DNA of 53,062 nt. Origin: an uncultured Porphyromonadaceae bacterium (lineage in GTDB: Bacteria; Bacteroidota; Bacteroidia; Bacteroidales; UBA12481). The translations under genes and the position numbers were made by a program. The notes below the pieces were generated by a model. That model made no database searches. It was given only the letters and a program-made list of their open reading frames with translations, and was not told the DNA's origin. Shown in pieces: positions 53,033 through 53,062 of the stretch. The DNA is taken from NCBI GenBank assembly GCA_964416825.1, contig CAYQFT010000003.1, forward strand, positions 1 through 53,062. The letters are read 5' to 3'. Position 1 is the first letter of the stretch. The number at the start of each line of letters is the position of its first letter.

Positions 53033-53062
53033 ATGTTTAAAACCAACGAATATTTCGACGGG
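53033..53062 (+). CDS. ppnP: Start of a PpnP/DUF1255-like nucleoside phosphorylase gene (only 10 codons in the window)
   Basis: MFKTNEYFDG resembles the conserved N-terminus of E. coli PpnP/YaiE (MLQSNEYFSG). Too short for certainty. Confidence 0.4.
   Translation, partial: MFKTNEYFDG

Noticed and set aside
1-53062. Mobile genetic element, prophage or genomic island boundaries.
   Set aside because: I recognised no integrase, transposase, tRNA attachment site or long terminal inverted or direct repeats. The only repeats are the short arrays and palindromes described above.

Overview
The window is 53 kb and densely coding on both strands, with about 45 CDS. I found no rRNA, tRNA, CRISPR array, transposase or integrase. 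All calls rest on motif recognition by eye; no BLAST or HMM search was run.

The gene content suggests an anaerobic FCB-group or Bacteroidota genome, but this is inference only. It includes a CarboxypepD_reg-type TonB receptor, OmpH, an ECF sigma/anti-sigma/DUF4097 operon, lipobox lipoproteins, KorB, a tungsten-type aldehyde:ferredoxin oxidoreductase (AOR) and corrinoid methyltransferases.

Recognisable housekeeping genes:
- korB (5' partial), gdhA, fabD, folE, mqnB and mqnD
- two Fe/Mn superoxide dismutases, pruA, thiS-like, MATE, GH78 and wtpABC
- a 10-codon start of a ppnP-like gene at the 3' edge

Items that deserve a second look:
1. A split LanB lanthipeptide dehydratase (glutamylation protein plus elimination protein) is packed into one operon with the futalosine-pathway genes mqnB and mqnD. 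The window holds no precursor peptide, cyclase, protease or exporter.
2. A five-gene translationally coupled operon encodes a corrinoid protein, two URO-D/MtaA-like methyltransferases (one fused to two thioredoxin-like domains), a CobW-like GTPase and a stand-alone homocysteine S-methyltransferase. This looks like a methyl-X:homocysteine system with no pterin-binding module.
3. Two tandem paralogous giant proteins combine a pseudo-receiver, a receiver and a PPDK_N-type ATP-grasp. They have no phospho-His swivel domain and sit between korB and gdhA.
4. A tungstate/molybdate wtpA-wtpB-wtpC transporter is interrupted by a TonB-dependent receptor and a duplicated-domain lipoprotein. It lies near an AOR gene and a DUF364/ThiS-like cluster.
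5. There is a pervasive population of 7- and 8-nt tandem repeat arrays that start at or within a few nt of stop codons. They resemble cyanobacterial STRR elements. With them occur small GC-rich palindromes, and one composite copy appears in frame inside the CobW-like CDS.
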